Assembly: GCF_001194135.2 (NCBI RefSeq)
Contig: NC_068989.1
Coordinates: 64,006,759 to 64,045,168 of the forward strand
From: Octopus bimaculoides
Taxonomy: Eukaryota
Direction: 5' to 3'
Length of the DNA stretch: 38,410 nucleotides
Shown here: in pieces, positions 34,301-38,410 of the stretch
How positions within the stretch are numbered: the first letter of the stretch is position 1
How the letters are laid out: every line of letters begins with the position of its first letter
The notes under the pieces: generated by a model
Database searches by the model: none
Seen by the model: only the letters and a program-made list of their open reading frames with translations
Told to the model about the DNA's origin: nothing
Translations under genes and position numbers: made by a program

Positions 34301-36228
34301 TCGTGCATGTGAAATATGATAGAAAACAATTATTTGCAATGGTTCTTTCACTATTTATCTTCCATTCTGACTCAATAAGATATTGTTTGAGAGAGAAATA
34401 AGAGACAGACAACAGTCCCTGATCTATAACCTGTGATTCTGCATCACTTCACAATTTCAAATAAAGTATTTCGCTGATATTGTATAATATTGTATACGTC
34501 GTGTTGAATCACTAAAGTTAAAGAATTTGGCGGGATAGTATTACATATTAATGGAGTCTACGGACTGTTAAGAAATTTTGTAAAGTATTCATCGATTAAT
34601 CTTGTATCATGTCAGCTTTGTTCAATGTTCAATTGATGCGTAATCTCTAGTTTAACGTGTAAAGATAGATCGATAATATCACCTTCAAGGTACAGATCAA
34701 CAAGCTAGTGATGTGAACTAAGTGAAATGTAATTCATATACACCGAACTAATGACGAAGAATTTAGAAGTATACATGCGAGTACACATTGTCAAAGTGAT
34801 TTATCGCAAATTTAAGATCGAAGACAAAGTAACTTGCTTTATTATACTTTTTCTGTTTCATATACATTGTATGACATTATATCCTGTTAAACAAATGTGT
34901 TTAACTCTCGCTTGTTGAATTTATGTCTTTGTGTACATATAAAAGCCATTGATGATCAAAGATAATTATTTGCATATACATTAATATATTGTTGAAGAAA
35001 AATACTATCAGACAGAGATATTAGAATTTATTCGTCCGAGGCTTTATCAGGACGTTCTGACACCCTACATGAATACAGTATAATCTCGATCAAACGCAGG
35101 AATATCTGTGAGGTCACTTTACCGCCAAGAAATTCTACCCTAAATGTCTCATACATCACACTCTCCTGTCTTATGTAAAGATGGCACTATTTAGATAATG
35201 TAGTTCTACATATATCCAAACAGAAGGGATTTTCATGGCTGGAATACCTTTGATTTCGTGCTTGCTCAAGCAGAGTTAACTTATGGCAAACCAACATTAT
35301 ATAATCTATTTTTTATAATATAGTTCTAAACTAAGAAATGTGTTATCAAAAAGTAGGAAGCTTCTACCCTCAATATAACCTTTGGTATCAACCATTCCGT
35401 TAGCATTCTAGTAGCTTAATGGAAATGGGTATACCATGGTACTGAGTTAAGTGAGATTATGTTTCAGCTTTAGTGGAAAGCTTTTTATTCTGACAAATTA
35501 TCTATGTTTATAAAACGATAATGAGAGCGATCTGGTGTGTTATGCTGTTTGTATTTGCTGTTGAAGATAAGGTCTTTATATGAATAACTTAATTTATAAA
35601 TTTTATTAAGGAGATTTAGTTAAGTATTTCTGGATGATTTGTAGGCTTGGAGGCGTATATTATTTCTTCATATTATCGATAAAAATAGGATTATAAATGT
35701 GCACAAAGAGCAGTCGACTAATCTCAATATTCATAAAGAAATTAAGAAGCTATTTTTCATTAAATAATTGGTATTTCTTCAATGGTACTGTTTGATGGGA
35801 TAACAAGGAGAACATGTTGGTTGGATTGTTGTTTTGTTGTTGTGTAGCTCCACATCAATTTTCAGTGGGTGTGCCTATTGTTAAGACCATACCAACACCC
35901 TTTCCCTCTATCTGTTCAGATATAATGCATCTGGCACTGCGATATACAATGTATTCACCGTAATTTATAACAAATAGGTTTGTCAGAACAACGTTTGGCT
36001 ACTGTTTCTAGCTAAGCCAAATGATTGCATAGAGGCTGGCTCATATTTGTTAAAGCTGGTTGCTTAAAACGAATAAATTATTGACCACAAACATTCTACA
36101 TTCAAGTGAAACGAAACCTTAGCATTAAAATTCCAGCAGTAGCTAATTAAAAAAAATACCAGTGAAAAACTAACGAAATATTTTTCCTGAAATATAACTC
36201 AAATAAATCCAATTTTCAGTGAAATTGA

Positions 36229-36229
36229 C

Positions 36230-36293
<64 letters not shown>

Positions 36294-36334
36294 GCAATAA
36301 TANNNNNNNNNNCAATAATAATAATAATAATAGC

Positions 36335-36381
<47 letters not shown>

Positions 36382-36385
36382 TAAT
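36229..36385. repeat. (AAT)n microsatellite spanning a 10-N gap
   Basis: Direct reading. Confidence 0.97.
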
Positions 36386-36695
36386 AATGACCAGACATAG
36401 GAAACCAGACATTGTCGTGGTGAACAAAAGAGAAAGAACATGTATAATAATCGACATTACTTATCTCGCTGACAACAGGATCAATGTGAAAGAAGAAGAA
36501 AAAATAAACAACTATGAAGATTTAAAGTGAAAAATAAGAAAGTTGGGGTCAATGAAGAGAGTACACGTGATACCGAAGTATCAGCACTCAACTACCAACA
36601 TGGCTGAAAAAGGTCGGTGCAAGTGTGAAGGTAGAACACCTAAAAAAATTAGCATTGCTTGGAACTACAAGAATTCTTTGCAGGGTTCTTGAAGC
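36386..36695 (+). mobile_element. R4/Dong-like LINE RLE domain and C-terminus, 5'-truncated
   Basis: RHRKPDIVVVNKRERTCIIIDITYLADNRINVKEEEKINNYEDLK...KVEHLKKLALLGTTRILCRVLEA: PD...D...K..Y..L RLE signature plus the ALLGT..IL C-terminal motif also seen at 13640. Confidence 0.85.
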
Positions 36696-36925
36696 CAAGG
36701 CCGAACCAGACACCGGGGAATTTTACCAGTACGTCTGTCTATCAACATATCTTGTTCATTGGCATAGACTTGCCTTTCGAATTGCTGAACCGCAAGTCTA
36801 CTGACGTGTTTCGAATTATTCTAAGCCTCTGCCATCGCCTCGTATTCTTTTAAAATGGAATCAACTCCCTGCACTTTCGCAGTGTCTGACGCAGTAATCG
36901 TAATATAATCCGTATATCCCGACTG

Positions 36926-37122
36926 CGTTTGTCCCCACTCCTTCGCTTCACAACCGATGCTGGTGTGTTTATGTCCCCGTAATCTAGCGATAGAATAAGT
37001 ACTAGTTTTACAAAGAATAAGTCCTGAGGTTGATTTCTTCGACTAACACCCTTCCAGGCGGTGCTCCAGCATGGCCGCAGTCAAATGACTGAGACAAGTA
37101 AGAGAATAAAAGAATAAAGAAA
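36926..37122 (+). mobile_element. SINE 3' half (abundant family)
   Basis: ggcggtgctccagcatggccgcagtcaaatgactgagacaagtaagagaataaaagaata. Confidence 0.88.
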
Positions 37123-37499
37123 TACATATACATGCACATACACATACGTACCTATGTGTGTATACATTCTACTCTACCTTTTTCTCTCTTCTTTCTTCTC
37201 TACATCTTTCTCACACTTCTCTTAACTCCCTCTCTCTTATTCCACTTCCCTTTCTTTCCTTCTTACTCGAATTCTCATTCACTCCACCTCTAACTCACTC
37301 CACCTCCCTCTCTTTCTCCATTCCCTCCCTCTCTCTCTCGTTCTCACTTCACACGCCCCCTCTCACACACTCCACCATATACATACCCATACACGCACAA
37401 AGCGTAACGTATGAACGAAGGAACACGCAAGATTATAATATAGATAAGAAGAAAAGGAACAGCAACAATGACAAAGACATCAACAACAATAACAATAAT

Positions 37500-37900
37500 A
37501 AAGGTTTCAAATTTTGGTACAGGGCCAGCAGATTTTTTTTTTGTATTTTTTTTTTTTAGGGGTGGGCAAAGCGATATATCTACCCAGCGATATATCAACT
37601 GGTATTTAGCTAATCGACCTCCGCAAGATCAAAGGTAAGGTGGACCACAGCGGAATTGTTAGACATTTTGTTCGGCGTACTAATGATTTGTCATACAATA
37701 ATAATAATAATAATACTTCCTACTTTAGGCACAAGGCCTGCAAGTTGGGAGAGGAGATAATCGATTTTATCGATCCCAGTGTTTCACTGGTACATAATCT
37801 ATCGACCCCGAAAGGACGAAAAGCAAAGTCGACCTCGGTGGAATTTGAACTCAGAACGTAAAGACGGACGAAATACCGCTTGTCTTCGTTGCCAGTGTAC
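37500..37900 (-). mobile_element. Two tandem SINE copies of the 14866 family (about 37500-37690 and 37725-37900)
   Basis: tcgaccccgaaaggacgaaaagcaaagtcgacctcggtggaatttgaactcagaacgtaaagacggacgaaatacc and a more decayed upstream copy. Confidence 0.8.
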
Positions 37901-37934
37901 CAATGATCTGTCATACAGTGATACTGATAAAACT

Positions 37935-38140
37935 CATTTACTCTTTTACTTGTTTCAGTCATTTGACTCTGACCATGCTGGAGCACCGTCTCTAGTCGAG
38001 CAAATCGACTCCAGAACTTATTCTTTGTAAGCGTAGTACTTATTCTATTGGTATCTTTTGCCGAACCGCTAAGTTACGGGGACGTAAACACACCAGCATC
38101 TTTTGTCAAGCGATGTTGGGAGAACAAACTCAGACACATA
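37935..38140 (-). mobile_element. SINE 3' half (abundant family) running into (CA)n/(TA)n
   Basis: tttcagtcatttgactctgaccatgctggagcacc...gccgaaccgctaagttacggggacgtaaacacacc. Confidence 0.88.
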
Positions 38141-38199
38141 CACACACACACACACACACACAAACACACAAACACACACACACATACATGCATACATAC

Positions 38200-38232
<33 letters not shown>

Positions 38233-38410
38233 ATATATATAAATAAATTATAGGGTAGCAAAAAACTTTTAGAAATTTTATTTACCACCAGTGGTCTAGC
38301 GAGAGTAAAAAAACAGTCAATAGACTATGTATTATTCATTTAAAATGCAGAGATGCCTATAATAGGACATCTACTCGCTAGAAATAGCAGCAAAAGACTA
38401 TATACCACAA

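Noticed and set aside
34330-36170. About 1.8 kb of non-microsatellite sequence scanned by eye for exons
   Set aside because: No ORF of 60 aa or more in the track and no recognisable motifs; probably old repeat debris or intronic/intergenic DNA. Short exons cannot be excluded without transcript data.

Overview
Eukaryotic, AT-rich, repeat-saturated draft-assembly window with seven N-gaps, each abutting a microsatellite. The tRNA-derived SINE families and microsatellite density point to an Octopus (coleoid cephalopod) genome; this is an inference from recalled repeat families, not a database result. I found no supportable host protein-coding gene. The listed ORFs are microsatellite/gap artefacts or decayed transposon fragments. 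Recognisable content: three mariner relics (one near full length with both TIRs), a DD41D (rosa-type) transposon end with an inverted duplicate, several RTE LINE relics, R4/Dong-like (RLE) LINE relics, a Penelope GIY-YIG fragment, a Helitron PIF1-helicase relic, a HINE/DINE-like element, a long-TIR MITE, more than a dozen SINE copies, a 5S rRNA pseudogene and a tRNA-like cassette. One R4-like copy of about 4.3 kb is split by a stack of nested insertions. The most interesting signals are RNA-structural: (1) a nearly canonical type I hammerhead ribozyme motif on the minus strand at 25622-25675; (2) a roughly 290-bp near-perfect palindrome with a hammerhead-like core in each arm; (3) a tRNA-like cassette with a Pol III-type terminator flanked by 55-bp direct repeats; (4) a GC-rich triple-hairpin cassette bounded by 12-bp direct repeats. 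I see no convincing evidence of a wholly new multi-gene system.
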